From Chloroflexota bacterium (GTDB taxonomy: Bacteria; Chloroflexota; UBA6077; CF-72): DNA of 64,000 nt. A program made the translations under genes and the position numbers. Numbering within the stretch: the stretch's first letter is position 1; each line of letters begins with the position of its first letter. Location of the stretch: the NCBI GenBank assembly GCA_019239775.1, contig JAFAZN010000231.1, forward strand, positions 12,741 through 76,740. The letters run 5' to 3'. Shown here piece after piece: positions 30,437 to 41,044 of the stretch. The notes under the pieces are model-generated. The model saw only the letters and a list, made by a program, of their open reading frames with translations. It did no database searches and had not been told where the DNA came from.

Positions 30437-31431
30437 CCGCCCGGGTCGACCAGTTTGGTCGTCGGGCCGCCCTGGCCATCCACCAAAAACAACGCTGCCA
30501 CCCCAAAAATCGCCAGCTTCGAACCGTCTGGCGACCAGGCCACCGTCGGATCGTCATCCTTGATGTCCGCCACGCGCTTCATGTCGCTGCCATCGAGGTT
30601 GAGCGAATACACATCGGCGGGTAGTCCATGCGCGTAGGCCGTATCTGGCTGCAGCCAGCCGACCAGGTCGAGACCGGACGGTGCCGAGGAGTGAGGATCG
30701 CCGCCACAACCGCTGGGGCTCATGTTCGGCTCGCCACTGCCGCCGAGTGCTACACGCTTGCCGTCCGGTGAGATGCGCGGCAGGCTGAGGTACTGGAAGA
30801 CCTGATCGGAAAGCAGCTCGCAACCGTCGCCAGACTCGCCGATGCTCTTCTTGAGCATTTGCTGGCCCGTCCGCGTGCTGCGCACGTAAATCAAGGTGGA
30901 CTCGTCGGGCGACGGCGCGGGATCGTAGGCGTCGGTGGCCACGGTCTCAGGTTGGCCGCCTTCGGTTTGCCGCACGATCGTGTCAATCTCGCGGCCGTTG
31001 TCGACCTTTCGCGTCGTGTAGTACACCCGACCGCTTGGCATCCAGATTGGCGTCTCGAGCACGGTGCTTGCGGCGTCGCGCTCGGCAAACGGCTGTGGGT
31101 TCGAGCCGTCTGCGTTGGCGATCATCAGATCGGAGCCGCTCGAGCGCTCGTTCGGCCGTCGCCAGAATTGCGCATAGACGACACGCTGACCGTCGGGTGA
31201 CCAGGTTGCGCCCGTGACCGCCGCGCCGGCGGTGGGCAGCTGGGTGATCTTGGTCTGCTGTTTCGAGGCCAGGTCGTAGACCCACAGGTCACCGTCTTTG
31301 GGCCAGGCAATCTTGCCCTGGGCACCCTGCGCGACATCGGATCGATTCAGCACCTGGCAGCTGGCCAGGGCGACACTGAACGCCAGTCCAACCAGCAATG
31401 CGCCTCGCGCAAGTCGGTGTCGCGGGTTCAC
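30409..31431 (-). CDS. TolB-like PD40/WD40 beta-propeller lipoprotein
   Basis: Lipobox LASC. Repeated WSPDG-type blades (ATWSPDGQRVVY, SPDESTLIYV, ISPDGKRVAL, AWSPDGSKLAIF). Confidence 0.75.
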   Translation of the reverse strand: MNPRHRLARGALLVGLAFSVALASCQVLNRSDVAQGAQGKIAWPKDGDLWVYDLASKQQTKITQLPTAGAAVTGATWSPDGQRVVYAQFWRRPNERSSGSDLMIANADGSNPQPFAERDAASTVLETPIWMPSGRVYYTTRKVDNGREIDTIVRQTEGGQPETVATDAYDPAPSPDESTLIYVRSTRTGQQMLKKSIGESGDGCELLSDQVFQYLSLPRISPDGKRVALGGSGEPNMSPSGCGGDPHSSAPSGLDLVGWLQPDTAYAHGLPADVYSLNLDGSDMKRVADIKDDDPTVAWSPDGSKLAIFGVAALFLVDGQGGPTTKLVDPGGYGGLSWSK

Positions 31432-31649
31432 GGTCTGGAGGGCGACGAACGTGGTGAGTCCTGCGGCTCCTTCCGTGCCGGCTCCTCGGGCATTTCGTCC
31501 AGCGCTACTTCGGCGTCGTCCTCGTCATCGTCGTCGTTGCCGCCCTTGCGCCCGGCGAGCTTCACAGCGACCCAGAGTACGGCCAGGGCTGCAACCGCAA
31601 TCGCGAGCTCATCCCATCCTCCGGCTGCGCCGTGCAGCAAAACTACCAT
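31428..31649 (-). CDS. small membrane protein with an acidic tail (hypothetical)
   Basis: 73 aa with one TM helix (LAIAVAALAVLWVAV) followed by GGNDDDDEDDAEV. It overlaps the downstream start by 4 nt. Confidence 0.4.
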   Translation of the reverse strand: MVVLLHGAAGGWDELAIAVAALAVLWVAVKLAGRKGGNDDDDEDDAEVALDEMPEEPARKEPQDSPRSSPSRP

Positions 31650-31676
31650 GTCGCTACGACCGCAAACAGCGTACCG

Positions 31677-33653
31677 TCACAGGCTCGTCTTGAGCACTTT
31701 TGCTTGCTTCAAGGTCATGCCTGGTACCGCCGCAAGCTCTTCGAGGGTGGCGGCGCGGATGCCGCGCACAGACCCGAAACGCCGAAGCAGCTCGCGCTTT
31801 CGTTTTGGACCAATGCCCTGCACCTCGTCCAACGCCGATCTGAGGCCGCTTCGGCCGCGGACTGCGCGGTGATAGGTGATCGCGAAGCGATGTGCCTCGT
31901 CGCGAATGCGCTGGACCAGGTACATCGCCTGGGAGCTGCGCGGCAGAAGCACCGGTTCGGGCAAGGCACGGCCGGTGGCTCGGTCGCGTACGAAGATCTC
32001 CTCATTCTCCTTCGCGAGCCCGACCACTGGCAGCTCGGTAATTTCCATGGTGTCCAAGATTTCGAGGGCGCCGTTCAACTGAGGCTTGCCACCATCGATG
32101 ATGACCAGGTCCGGCATGGCCGCCCAGCCACCCTCGGGCTCCTGCTCGGGTGCTCCATCTGGCAACGGTGCATCAGGCCCGTCCAGTCCATCAGGCGCCA
32201 GTGGCTCCGAGGTAGCCCAGCTCCCGAGCTCGCCCGCGCGGCGCAGCTGGCCTGTCAGGGCTCGACGGAAGCGTCGGCCGATCACTTCCTGCACGCTCAA
32301 CACGTCGTTACTGCCGAGCTCGTGCTTGATCTTGAATCGACGGTATGCCGACCGCTTGGGCTGACCATTTTCGAACACGACCATGCTCGCCACCTGATTG
32401 GTGCCCTGCACGTGCGAAACGTCGTAGCACTCGATGCGGTTCGGCAACTGCGGCAGATCCAGGATCTCCTGAAGCTCAACCACGGCGCCCGTCGTGCGCG
32501 CCTCGTCCGCAAGCCACTGCTGCCGCAAGCGCTCGAGTACCTCATGCGCGTTCTTGGTCGCCAACTCGACGAGCTTTCGCCGATCGCCCGTTCTCGGTGC
32601 ACTGACGCGGACCTTCTTTCGCCCTGGTGCGCCGACCTCCACGCGACGGTCAGCCAGCCACACGCGGACCGCGTCCATGTCGTCGATGGGAACCGGCAGC
32701 ACCACCTCGTCGGGAATGTCGCTGGTCTGGCTGTAGTACTGCACGACGAACGACCAGATGATCTCCGCTTCGGTGTCGTCGCCGTGCCCTTCGAGCACGA
32801 AGTGCTCGCGGCCGATCAGCCGACCGCCCCGAACCAGAAAGACCTGGACCGCCGAGTACGGTCCTTCGTGGTGGACGCCGATCACGTCTTCATCGGAGAT
32901 CGAGGAGTACACGATCTCCTGCTGTGTGATGACCCGTTCGGCGGCGCGAATACGATCGCGCAGGTCGGCCGCGCGTTCGAACTCGAGTACGTCGGCGGCT
33001 TGCTCCATCTCATGTCGCATGTCCGCCAGTACGCTGTCGGACTTGCCGTCGAGGAACGCGATCATCTGGTCGACAATCTGCCGATAGTCGTCGTTGTTGA
33101 TCGCGCCGATACACGGTGCTGGACACCGCTTGATGTGATAATACAGGCACGCGCGCGGATCGTTACCGGTGATCACGCGGTTGCACAGAATGTGCGGGAA
33201 GAGTCGATTGATGGTGTCGAGCGTTTGTCGAACCGAAGTCGCGTCCGTAAACGGTCCGAAGTAGCGCGCGCCGTCGCGCTGCATTTTGCGCGCGACCATC
33301 GTCTTTGGCCAGGGTTCCTGGACGTTGATGCGAATGTAGGGATAGTGCTTGTCGTCGCGCAGCTTGACGTTGTAACGCGGTCGTTCGCTGCGAACCAGGT
33401 CGGCCTCGAAGTGCAGCGCCTGAGTCGGCGTCTCAGCCAGCAGGTACTGGATGTTGGCGATCTCGGTCACCATCTGCTGCTTGTGCGGCTCGAGCACGGC
33501 GGTGCGCTGGAAGTACGAGCGCACGCGGTTGCGCAGCGACTTGGCCTTACCGACGTACAGCAGCACGCCCTTGGCGTCGAAGAACTTGTAGACGCCAGGT
33601 TGGTCAGGCAAGCGCGCCAGTTGCTGGTCGATCGGCAGGCTGACTTCGAGCAT
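31677..33653 (-). CDS. uvrC: excinuclease ABC subunit C
   Basis: GIY-YIG N-terminus (GVYKFFDAKGVLLYVGKAKSLRNRVRSYF) and a C-terminal HhH region, 658 aa. Confidence 0.95.
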   Translation of the reverse strand: MLEVSLPIDQQLARLPDQPGVYKFFDAKGVLLYVGKAKSLRNRVRSYFQRTAVLEPHKQQMVTEIANIQYLLAETPTQALHFEADLVRSERPRYNVKLRDDKHYPYIRINVQEPWPKTMVARKMQRDGARYFGPFTDATSVRQTLDTINRLFPHILCNRVITGNDPRACLYYHIKRCPAPCIGAINNDDYRQIVDQMIAFLDGKSDSVLADMRHEMEQAADVLEFERAADLRDRIRAAERVITQQEIVYSSISDEDVIGVHHEGPYSAVQVFLVRGGRLIGREHFVLEGHGDDTEAEIIWSFVVQYYSQTSDIPDEVVLPVPIDDMDAVRVWLADRRVEVGAPGRKKVRVSAPRTGDRRKLVELATKNAHEVLERLRQQWLADEARTTGAVVELQEILDLPQLPNRIECYDVSHVQGTNQVASMVVFENGQPKRSAYRRFKIKHELGSNDVLSVQEVIGRRFRRALTGQLRRAGELGSWATSEPLAPDGLDGPDAPLPDGAPEQEPEGGWAAMPDLVIIDGGKPQLNGALEILDTMEITELPVVGLAKENEEIFVRDRATGRALPEPVLLPRSSQAMYLVQRIRDEAHRFAITYHRAVRGRSGLRSALDEVQGIGPKRKRELLRRFGSVRGIRAATLEELAAVPGMTLKQAKVLKTSL

Positions 33654-33673
33654 GGCGCGTAAATTGTAAGAAC

Positions 33674-35206
33674 ATGGGCATGGTAGGGACTCCGCAATTA
33701 CTCGACGCTCTCCTGGCGGACGTCGAGGGTGCCCATCTGGTGCATGGCGACCCTGCCACCCTGGTGAGCGGCGTCACGCATGACAGCCGCCAGGTCTCAC
33801 CGGGTGACCTGTTCGTTGCCGTCCCCGGTTTCCGATACGACGGGCTGGAGTTCGTGCCCGATGCGCTCGACCGTGGAGCGCACGTCATCGTCATCGAGCA
33901 ACCCTCGGACCTGAATTTCCCACGGGTTGTTTCCTCGCGTCCGGGCGGACAGTTCGCGACCGTCGTGGTGCCGCGGGCGCGCGCCGCGCTGGCCGACCTG
34001 GCGGCGACGTTCTACGGCCACCCGTCGCGAACCGTGCCAGTGGTCGGCATCACTGGCACCGACGGCAAAACGTCGACCACGCATCTGCTCAGCGCGGTCC
34101 TGGAGGCGCACGGCCTGAGAACGGGCTGGCTGACCACGGTCAACACCCGCATCGGCGACCAGGTTCGAGCGAATGCCGCCGACCACACCACACCCGAGGC
34201 GCCAGTGGTGCAGCGCACGTTGGCCGAGATGCGCGATGCCCGTGTGGACGTGGCGATCCTGGAAACGAGCTCGCACGCACTTGCGCTCGATCGCGTGCGC
34301 AGCGTCTGCTATCGCGTCGGTGTTTTCACGAACCTCAGCCCCGAGCACATCAACTTCCACGGCTCGTTTGAGGCCTATCGCGACGCGAAGCGGCTGCTCT
34401 TCGAGCGGCTGTCGCCCGACGGCCTCGCCGTCTTGAACGCCGATGACGCCGTTTTGGGTGTGATGCGCGCCGCCACCTCCGCGCGCGTCATCACCTACGG
34501 CCTGGAGCAGCCCGCCGACATCACTGCGCGAGACATCTGCCTCACCCCACGCGGAACAGCATTCACGGTCGAACCTGGAGACGTTGTGATTCACTCGGGA
34601 CTGATCGGCCGGTTCAACGTCTCGAATTGGCTGGCAGCCTACGCTGCCGCGATGCAATTTGGGGCCACCCTCGAAGACTTGCAGCGCGCGGCGCTAACGC
34701 AGCCGCCCGTTCGGGGCCGCATGAACCTGGTCGAACGCGGCCAGCCGTTTGCCGTTGTTGTTGATTTCGCGCACACGCCGCAGGCGCTCGAAAAAGCCCT
34801 GGACACCGTGCGCTCCCTGGTCAGCGGCAACGTCCTGCTGGCCTTTGGCCTCGCGGGCGGTCGTGACGCCGCGAACCGTCCGGTGATGGGCGCGCTCGCC
34901 TCGCGAAAAAGCGACTTCTTCGTGATTTCGACGGACGACCCCGGTTATGAGGAGCCCGCCGCAATAGCCGACCAGATCAGTGCTGGCGCATACGCCGCGG
35001 GCGGCAATTTCACGGTCGAACTGGACCGCCGCGCCGCGATTCGGCTGCTGTTCGAGCGCGCCCGCCCCGGCGATGCGGTGCTGCTGGCGGGCAAGGGCCA
35101 CGAACAGCGCATGGTCGTACGCGACGAGAAGCTGCCGTGGAATGACGCGCGCGTCGCGGCCGAAGTGCTGGCAGACCTGGGCTTCGCGACCCAGGCTGTA
35201 CCATGA
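33674..35206 (+). CDS. murE: UDP-N-acetylmuramoyl-tripeptide synthetase (MurE ligase)
   Basis: VGITGTDGKTSTTHLL P-loop, 510 aa. The amino-acid specificity motif was not confidently read. Confidence 0.9.
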   Translation: MGMVGTPQLLDALLADVEGAHLVHGDPATLVSGVTHDSRQVSPGDLFVAVPGFRYDGLEFVPDALDRGAHVIVIEQPSDLNFPRVVSSRPGGQFATVVVPRARAALADLAATFYGHPSRTVPVVGITGTDGKTSTTHLLSAVLEAHGLRTGWLTTVNTRIGDQVRANAADHTTPEAPVVQRTLAEMRDARVDVAILETSSHALALDRVRSVCYRVGVFTNLSPEHINFHGSFEAYRDAKRLLFERLSPDGLAVLNADDAVLGVMRAATSARVITYGLEQPADITARDICLTPRGTAFTVEPGDVVIHSGLIGRFNVSNWLAAYAAAMQFGATLEDLQRAALTQPPVRGRMNLVERGQPFAVVVDFAHTPQALEKALDTVRSLVSGNVLLAFGLAGGRDAANRPVMGALASRKSDFFVISTDDPGYEEPAAIADQISAGAYAAGGNFTVELDRRAAIRLLFERARPGDAVLLAGKGHEQRMVVRDEKLPWNDARVAAEVLADLGFATQAVP

Positions 35207-36264
35207 TGGCCGTGCCGCGCCGACCCGACTACGCCGCGGACCAGGAGGCGGACACGCACGTCAACGGGACTAACGGCACCAATGGCACCGTCGACGCCAC
35301 GCCCGTAGCAACTGTGGCCGCCCAGGACGACGACCCCGAAGACGTCCCGCCCGAGGCTGAAACCACTCGCCTCCCGGTGCTGGCAGAAGAGAGCGCGCTC
35401 GCCACGCCGCTGCCGGCTTCCGTGCGGCCCGACCCGGGCCTGTACGCGGTGCTTGGACTGGGCCCCTCCGCCTCAGAGATCGCGATCCAGACCACCTATC
35501 GACGGCTGGCAGCCAAGCTGATCGGCAATGGCGGCAGCGATAACCAGGCCCTCAAGCAGCTGAACGTCGCCTACGAGGTGCTGGGGAACCCGGTGCGGCG
35601 TGCTGAATACGATCGCATGCGCCTGAGCCAGGCCCTGATGCCCGCCGGGGCACCCACGCCGATTCGGCCAGGCCCGAAAGTCGCTTCTCGCTCGACGAAG
35701 CGACGCCGACCGCGCCAGGCGGTCCAGCCACGTTACGCGGGCATGGGCGACGTCATTGTGGTCCTTACGGTCGTCGGCCTGGCCGTGATCGCTGGCTACC
35801 TGCTGATTCCTCGACTCAGTGTCAACCTCTCTGCGTTGAACGCGCTGCAGGCTGTGCTGCCGCTGTCCAATTCAACGCGGCGCGTTATCGACGTCACGGT
35901 CACCGCCGTGCCGACAGTCGAAGCGACGGCCACACCGCTGCCCAGCGTGTCGGCGCGCTACTCGAGCTCAAACGTCGCTGTTTCGAATCCCACGCCTGCG
36001 CAGAACAGCACCGAAACGGTGCAGATTCATCTGCGCCGCGATGGCGCGCCTGTGCCAAGCTCGGACGTTTGGGCCACGGTGCAGTACCGCACGACGCAGG
36101 AGCGCTGGCCGCCGACTGGGACCGTGAAAACTGATGCGAACGGAGCCGCCTCGATCACTTTCAACATCGGTGCGGCGACGCCAAACTATCCCGTGACCGT
36201 GCACGTCTTTACTCAGGCGGACGACCAGGAGCTGTCCTGGTCCACCACGTTCACGCCGCACTGA
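35203..36264 (+). CDS. J-like domain membrane protein (no HPD) with an extracytoplasmic Ig-like C-terminal region
   Basis: LYAVLGLGPSASEIAIQTTYRRLAAKLIGNGGSDNQALKQLNVAYEVLGNPVRRAEYD has GNG where HPD is expected. TM helix VIVVLTVVGLAVIAGYLLI. The C-terminus is beta-rich. Confidence 0.65.
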   Translation: MMAVPRRPDYAADQEADTHVNGTNGTNGTVDATPVATVAAQDDDPEDVPPEAETTRLPVLAEESALATPLPASVRPDPGLYAVLGLGPSASEIAIQTTYRRLAAKLIGNGGSDNQALKQLNVAYEVLGNPVRRAEYDRMRLSQALMPAGAPTPIRPGPKVASRSTKRRRPRQAVQPRYAGMGDVIVVLTVVGLAVIAGYLLIPRLSVNLSALNALQAVLPLSNSTRRVIDVTVTAVPTVEATATPLPSVSARYSSSNVAVSNPTPAQNSTETVQIHLRRDGAPVPSSDVWATVQYRTTQERWPPTGTVKTDANGAASITFNIGAATPNYPVTVHVFTQADDQELSWSTTFTPH

Positions 36265-36274
36265 TTCAGACGGG

Positions 36275-37150
36275 GTGTCCTCCATTGCTGTGCGTGCGCC
36301 CGCGACGAGCGCGAACCTCGGTGCGGGCTTCGATTGCCTTGGCCTGGCGCTGGATCTGTGGAACGAAGTCGTTGCGGCCCCTGGCCGTCTTGCCGAAGAC
36401 GATGCATCGAACCTCATCCTCCGGTCCGCCCGCGCGGTGTACGTCCTGGTAGGTGCGCCGTACCCGGGCTTCGAGCTGCGCTGTGAGAATCGGATCATCT
36501 TCAACCGTGGCCTCGGCAGCAGCGCGGCAGCGATCGCCTGCGGCGTCTTGCTCGGGAATGCCTGCCTCGGTGGTCCACTCGACACCAACGCCCTTCTGGA
36601 CCTCGCGACCTCTATCGAAGGCCACCCCGACAACGTTGCCCCGTGCCTCCTTGGTGGTGCACGCGTCGCGTTACTGACCGACACCGGTCACGTGCTTCAG
36701 TCGCCAGTCTCGGTCGCGCTGGAGTTGACGGCGGTGTGCTTCGTGCCCGAGCACAACGTCCCAACCGCGCATGCGCGTGGGTTGCTGCCCACGGCTGTGC
36801 CGCTGAGCGATGCAGTCTTCAACGTTGCCCGCGCGAGCCTGATGGTGGCTGCACTCACCGCCGGCCGCAGCGATCTCCTGGCCGAGGCTTGCCGCGACCG
36901 CCTGCATCAGCCGTTTCGGCTGCCACTCTTTCCCGCTGGCGCGCCGCTGCTCGAGGCGGCCGTGCAGGCGGGAGCGCTTGCCGCGTACATTTCTGGCGCC
37001 GGCCCGACGGTCCTGGCCCTGTGCCAGGGCGCCGATCAGGTTGCGTCCGTCAAGCACGCGTTCGAGACGCGCGCCGCGGACCTGGACGTCGCCGGCTCGA
37101 CTTTCGTTCTTGCACTGACTCAATCTGGAGCGCACGTTGTCCCCACCTGA
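36275..37150 (+). CDS. thrB: homoserine kinase
   Basis: APATSANLGAGFDCLG and GLGSSAAA (GHMP kinase) motifs. Confidence 0.85.
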   Translation: MSSIAVRAPATSANLGAGFDCLGLALDLWNEVVAAPGRLAEDDASNLILRSARAVYVLVGAPYPGFELRCENRIIFNRGLGSSAAAIACGVLLGNACLGGPLDTNALLDLATSIEGHPDNVAPCLLGGARVALLTDTGHVLQSPVSVALELTAVCFVPEHNVPTAHARGLLPTAVPLSDAVFNVARASLMVAALTAGRSDLLAEACRDRLHQPFRLPLFPAGAPLLEAAVQAGALAAYISGAGPTVLALCQGADQVASVKHAFETRAADLDVAGSTFVLALTQSGAHVVPT

Positions 37151-38393
37151 GATCCAAGGCTTGCTCGTCCAGAAATACGGTGGCTCGTCCCTAGCGACGG
37201 CCGAACGCATTCGCGCGGCCGCCCGCCGCGTCGCCCGGACCGCAGCCAGGGGCAAGCCTGTGATCGTGGTCGTCTCGGCCATGGGTGACACCACCGATGA
37301 GCTGATCGAGCTCGCGTACTCCGTGGCGCAACGACCCCCGGAGCGTGAGCTGGACCTCTTGCTTTCCACCGGAGAAACCGTCAGCGCGACCTTGATGGCC
37401 ATGGCGCTCCACGACCTTCAGCAACCCGCGGTTGCGCTGACCGGCCTGCAGGCTGGCATCCGCTCTACGCGCGTCTTTTCCCGCGCGCGAATCACCGATA
37501 TACAGCCTGCCCGCATTTCGACCGAGCTGCTCCACGGCAAAGTGGTCATTGTGACCGGCTTTCAAGGCGTGACCGAAGACCAGGACGTCACCACGCTCGG
37601 TCGCGGCGGCTCGGACACGACCGCTGTTGCGCTCGCTTGCGCACTCGGCGCCGAACGCTGCGACATCTACACCGACGTGGAAGGCATCTACACCGCCGAT
37701 CCGCGGGTGGTGCCAAGCGCCCGCAAGCTCAGCGAGGTTGGTTACGAGGAGATGCTCGAGCTGGCGCAGCTTGGCGCGCGCGTCATGCACCCGCGGGCGG
37801 TGGAGCTAGCAGAGCTCTACAGCATGCCGATTCTGGTCGCCTCGTCCTTCACCGACACGCCTGGCACCCTGATCCATCGCGACGGAGACTCTAAAAACAC
37901 CATGCCAATGGAAGTTCGCAAGAACGTGCGGGGCATCGCCCACGATACCGACGTTGCCCGCATCACGCTGGTACGCGTGCCCGACCGACCCGGCGTCGCC
38001 GCCGCGATCTTCGAGCCCCTGGCGGCTGCCAGCGTCAGTGTGGACACAATTGCTCAGTCTTCAGGCGCCGATGGGACGACGGATCTGTCGTTCACCATCT
38101 CACGCAGCGATTTGCCACGGGCGTTGGAGATTACGCAGTCCGTTGCTCCGTCGATCCACGCTGCTTCTGTAGACACCGCCGATGACCTGGCGAAAGTCAG
38201 CATCGTGGGGACAGGGATGCAGAGCGCACCTGGCTACGCCGCGCGCATGTTCGGCGCGCTGGCCAGGGCCGGGGTGAACATTAACATCATCAGCACCTCC
38301 GATATCCGCATCACGTGCGTGGTCTCGCGCGACCACGTCGAGGACGCCGTCCGTGTGCTGCACACCGCATTCGAGCTCGACCGCGAAGACTGA
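37137..38393 (+). CDS. ask: aspartate kinase with ACT domains
   Basis: [11 protein letters not shown]..., 418 aa. The start may be TTG at 37161, which would remove the overlap with thrB. Confidence 0.9.
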   Translation: MSPPEIQGLLVQKYGGSSLATAERIRAAARRVARTAARGKPVIVVVSAMGDTTDELIELAYSVAQRPPERELDLLLSTGETVSATLMAMALHDLQQPAVALTGLQAGIRSTRVFSRARITDIQPARISTELLHGKVVIVTGFQGVTEDQDVTTLGRGGSDTTAVALACALGAERCDIYTDVEGIYTADPRVVPSARKLSEVGYEEMLELAQLGARVMHPRAVELAELYSMPILVASSFTDTPGTLIHRDGDSKNTMPMEVRKNVRGIAHDTDVARITLVRVPDRPGVAAAIFEPLAAASVSVDTIAQSSGADGTTDLSFTISRSDLPRALEITQSVAPSIHAASVDTADDLAKVSIVGTGMQSAPGYAARMFGALARAGVNINIISTSDIRITCVVSRDHVEDAVRVLHTAFELDRED

Positions 38394-38403
38394 GGCTCCG
38401 CCG

Positions 38404-40746
38404 TCAGGCTGCGCGCGCCTGTGCGACCGACTCCAGCATCGCTGCGAGCTGATCCCGCGGCACGGGCCGCGAAAAGAGATATCCCTGCCCCCGGTCCGCC
38501 CCGGTACCGGCCAGATACTGCCGCTGGACCTCGGATTCAATTCCTTCCGCGGTGACCTGCATGCCCAAGGACCGCGCCAGCGCCACGATGGCGCGCACGA
38601 TTGCCGAGTCATGTCCGGACCCGCCAAGCCCCTCCACGAACGACTGGTCGATCTTTAGCGCATCCACCGGGAACCGCTTCAAGTAGCTCAGCGATGAATA
38701 GCCGGTGCCGAAGTCGTCGATCGCCACCCGAGTGCCCCACAGCTTGAGCAGCTCCAACGCAGCGGCAGTGGCCTCAGGATGCTCCATGGCCACACTCTCG
38801 GTGATCTCCAGGCAGAGAGAATCGGGCGGCAAGCCCGAGTCCTGCAGCGCCCGGTCGATGTCCTCGAACAGACTCGGGTGCTGGAATTGCCGTCCCGACA
38901 GGTTCACCGACACCCCGAGCTCAGCGCATCCGGCAAACCGCGTCTGCCACGAACGTACGTCGCGGCAAGCGGTTTCGAGCACGAACTGTCCCAGCGGCAC
39001 GATGATGCCGGTCTCCTCCGCGAGCGGAATGAAGTTGCTGGGCGCAACCAGGCCTCGGATTGGGTGGTTCCAGCGCACGAGCGCCTCGACTTCGATGATG
39101 CGCGAGTCCAGCAGCGAAACGATCGGCTGGTAGTAGACCTCGAATTCGCCCCGCTCGAGTCCCTGGCGCATGGAAGCCTCCAGCTCCAGCCGCTCCAGGG
39201 CGTTGCGCTCCATGCTGGCGTCGAATACGGCGTAGCGCGACTTTCCTTTGGCCTTGGCTGCGTACAGCGCCAGGTCGGCATTGCGCAGCAGGTCGTCCGG
39301 CGACCTGACGTCCGGGCTCGAGGCGGCGATCCCGATGCTGGCGCGAATAGGCAGCTCGCGTCCGGATAGATCAAACGGCCGTTCGAGCGCCCCCAGCACC
39401 TGCCTGGCCATCGCGACGAGCGCATTCATGGAGTCCGCCCCCGGTACGAGTACCGCGAACTCATCACCGCCGAGTCGCGCCGCGGTGGCCGAGTGATCCA
39501 GCGAGGCCTGCAATCGCCCGGCGACTTCGACGAGCAGACGGTCGCCAGCGGGGTGCCCCAGGCTGTCGTTGACGGTCTTGAAGTCGTCCAGGTCGAGAAA
39601 CAGAACCCCGGTGCGCTGGCCTGCTGAGAGCGCCTCGGCGAGCCGCGCCTGAAAGTGGGCGCGATTGGCAAGCCCGGTGAGAGCGTCCCCATATGCCTGC
39701 TGAGCGAGGCGCTGCTCGAGCGATTTGCGTTCGGTGATATCGCGCAGCACGACCAGCCGCGCCGAGAACCCGCGTGGCGCCTTACGCAATGGGGACACGT
39801 GCACGTCGAACGAGCGCTCGTCCAGCGTGAGCTCGGTCCGCACCTCCTGCTTGGCGTCGCTGGCATGAATCATTTCAGGCCAACCGTGGAGGACGTCGGG
39901 CGCGGGTCGTCCGCTGACCGCGGCGACCTCAACGCCGAGGATACGTGTGGCAGCCGCGTTCAGGTCGACGATGCGATTGAGACCGTCCAGGACCAGCACG
40001 GCGTCGCTCAGCTCCTCGAAGACGACGTCGCGAGCGACTGGCACGACGTCGAAGAAGTGGAAACGGAAAAGGCCCCAGGCGAAGACGATCGCCGTGGCGG
40101 TACAGGCCATCGGCGTCATGTCGAGGTCGGGTAGCGGCCCGAAGCCGAGATTGGTCGCGAGGTCGGCCAGCCACGGCAGCACAACGCCCATGAGCAGCAT
40201 CAGGATCTGCTGGTGGTACAGCCGCCGGGAACGGAACAGGGAGCGCGCAAGCATGACGATCCCCGAGACGATCACCACGTACGAGTAGGCCAGGTCGATC
40301 CAGAACCAGGTGCCTGGCTCGCCACGGACCGCCAGGAATGGGCCACCGGTGTCCTGGGTGAAGCTGCTCCAGATCAGCCCGGAGCGGTCGCCGCTGAGTA
40401 CGAACAACAACGAGATCAGAGGGACGACGGCCAGCCAGATGCGGCGCGAGGTGACAAAGCCGTGCGCCCGTCCGCCGGCATAGTGCGCCGCGAATATGAT
40501 CCAGGCGGGCGGGACGAGGTCGCCCACGACGTAGGTCCAGCGATGCCAGATGATCTCGATGTGGGCATCTGCCGCGGCAAGCTCGATCGAGTAGGCAATA
40601 GACCATGCCGCGACGGCCCCCATCAACGCCACGAAGGCACGCGCTCCTGCTGCGTTCGGCCGTCTGAGGACGAACAGCGCGAGACAGATCGGCAGCAAAG
40701 CCGAGCTGACGAGTGGCAGCAAGTACGGTGTGAATTGCCAGGACAT
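38404..40746 (-). CDS. membrane sensor with N-terminal multi-TM domain, PAS, GGDEF and EAL domains (c-di-GMP turnover)
   Basis: ~7 N-terminal helices, RLGGDEFAVL (GGDEF) and EVEALVRW (EAL), 780 aa. Confidence 0.9.
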   Translation of the reverse strand: MSWQFTPYLLPLVSSALLPICLALFVLRRPNAAGARAFVALMGAVAAWSIAYSIELAAADAHIEIIWHRWTYVVGDLVPPAWIIFAAHYAGGRAHGFVTSRRIWLAVVPLISLLFVLSGDRSGLIWSSFTQDTGGPFLAVRGEPGTWFWIDLAYSYVVIVSGIVMLARSLFRSRRLYHQQILMLLMGVVLPWLADLATNLGFGPLPDLDMTPMACTATAIVFAWGLFRFHFFDVVPVARDVVFEELSDAVLVLDGLNRIVDLNAAATRILGVEVAAVSGRPAPDVLHGWPEMIHASDAKQEVRTELTLDERSFDVHVSPLRKAPRGFSARLVVLRDITERKSLEQRLAQQAYGDALTGLANRAHFQARLAEALSAGQRTGVLFLDLDDFKTVNDSLGHPAGDRLLVEVAGRLQASLDHSATAARLGGDEFAVLVPGADSMNALVAMARQVLGALERPFDLSGRELPIRASIGIAASSPDVRSPDDLLRNADLALYAAKAKGKSRYAVFDASMERNALERLELEASMRQGLERGEFEVYYQPIVSLLDSRIIEVEALVRWNHPIRGLVAPSNFIPLAEETGIIVPLGQFVLETACRDVRSWQTRFAGCAELGVSVNLSGRQFQHPSLFEDIDRALQDSGLPPDSLCLEITESVAMEHPEATAAALELLKLWGTRVAIDDFGTGYSSLSYLKRFPVDALKIDQSFVEGLGGSGHDSAIVRAIVALARSLGMQVTAEGIESEVQRQYLAGTGADRGQGYLFSRPVPRDQLAAMLESVAQARAA

Positions 40747-41044
40747 GTTGGGTTGCGGAGCGCCATATCAAGCATCGGCCGAGATGGCTCGTGTGTTGAG
40801 CCGCCGGGCATCTGAGCCGAGAATCGCAATCTATCTAGGGATCGCGTTGTCATAACCGGAGCGGCGCGGCCGTTATCATCGCGAAGCAATGGACGGTCGC
40901 GAGGTGCAAAATGGTCGCGATCGCCGACGGGCGTTGCGCCCGGGTGCGGGCGAGCGCCCGTCAACGCGCCGCGGCTACACCTTTCCTCGCGCCGAGCATC
41001 GGCACCCCGTGTACGGTCGTCAGGCGCGGCGAGAGAGCCGTCAG

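Noticed and set aside
31632-33662. 676-aa plus-strand ORF covering the whole uvrC locus
   Set aside because: It is antisense to an unmistakable uvrC. Its Arg/Ala/Gly/His-rich composition with no motifs is the typical long shadow ORF of a high-GC genome.
40747-41044. Riboswitch (for example c-di-AMP/ydaO-type, often found upstream of LysM or cell-wall genes) in the ~300-nt leader of the LysM gene
   Set aside because: I found a strong hairpin (GACGGGCG...CGCCCGTC) but none of the conserved ydaO, c-di-GMP or other riboswitch core motifs that I can recall. The region is also a divergent promoter gap. This needs a covariance-model scan to settle.
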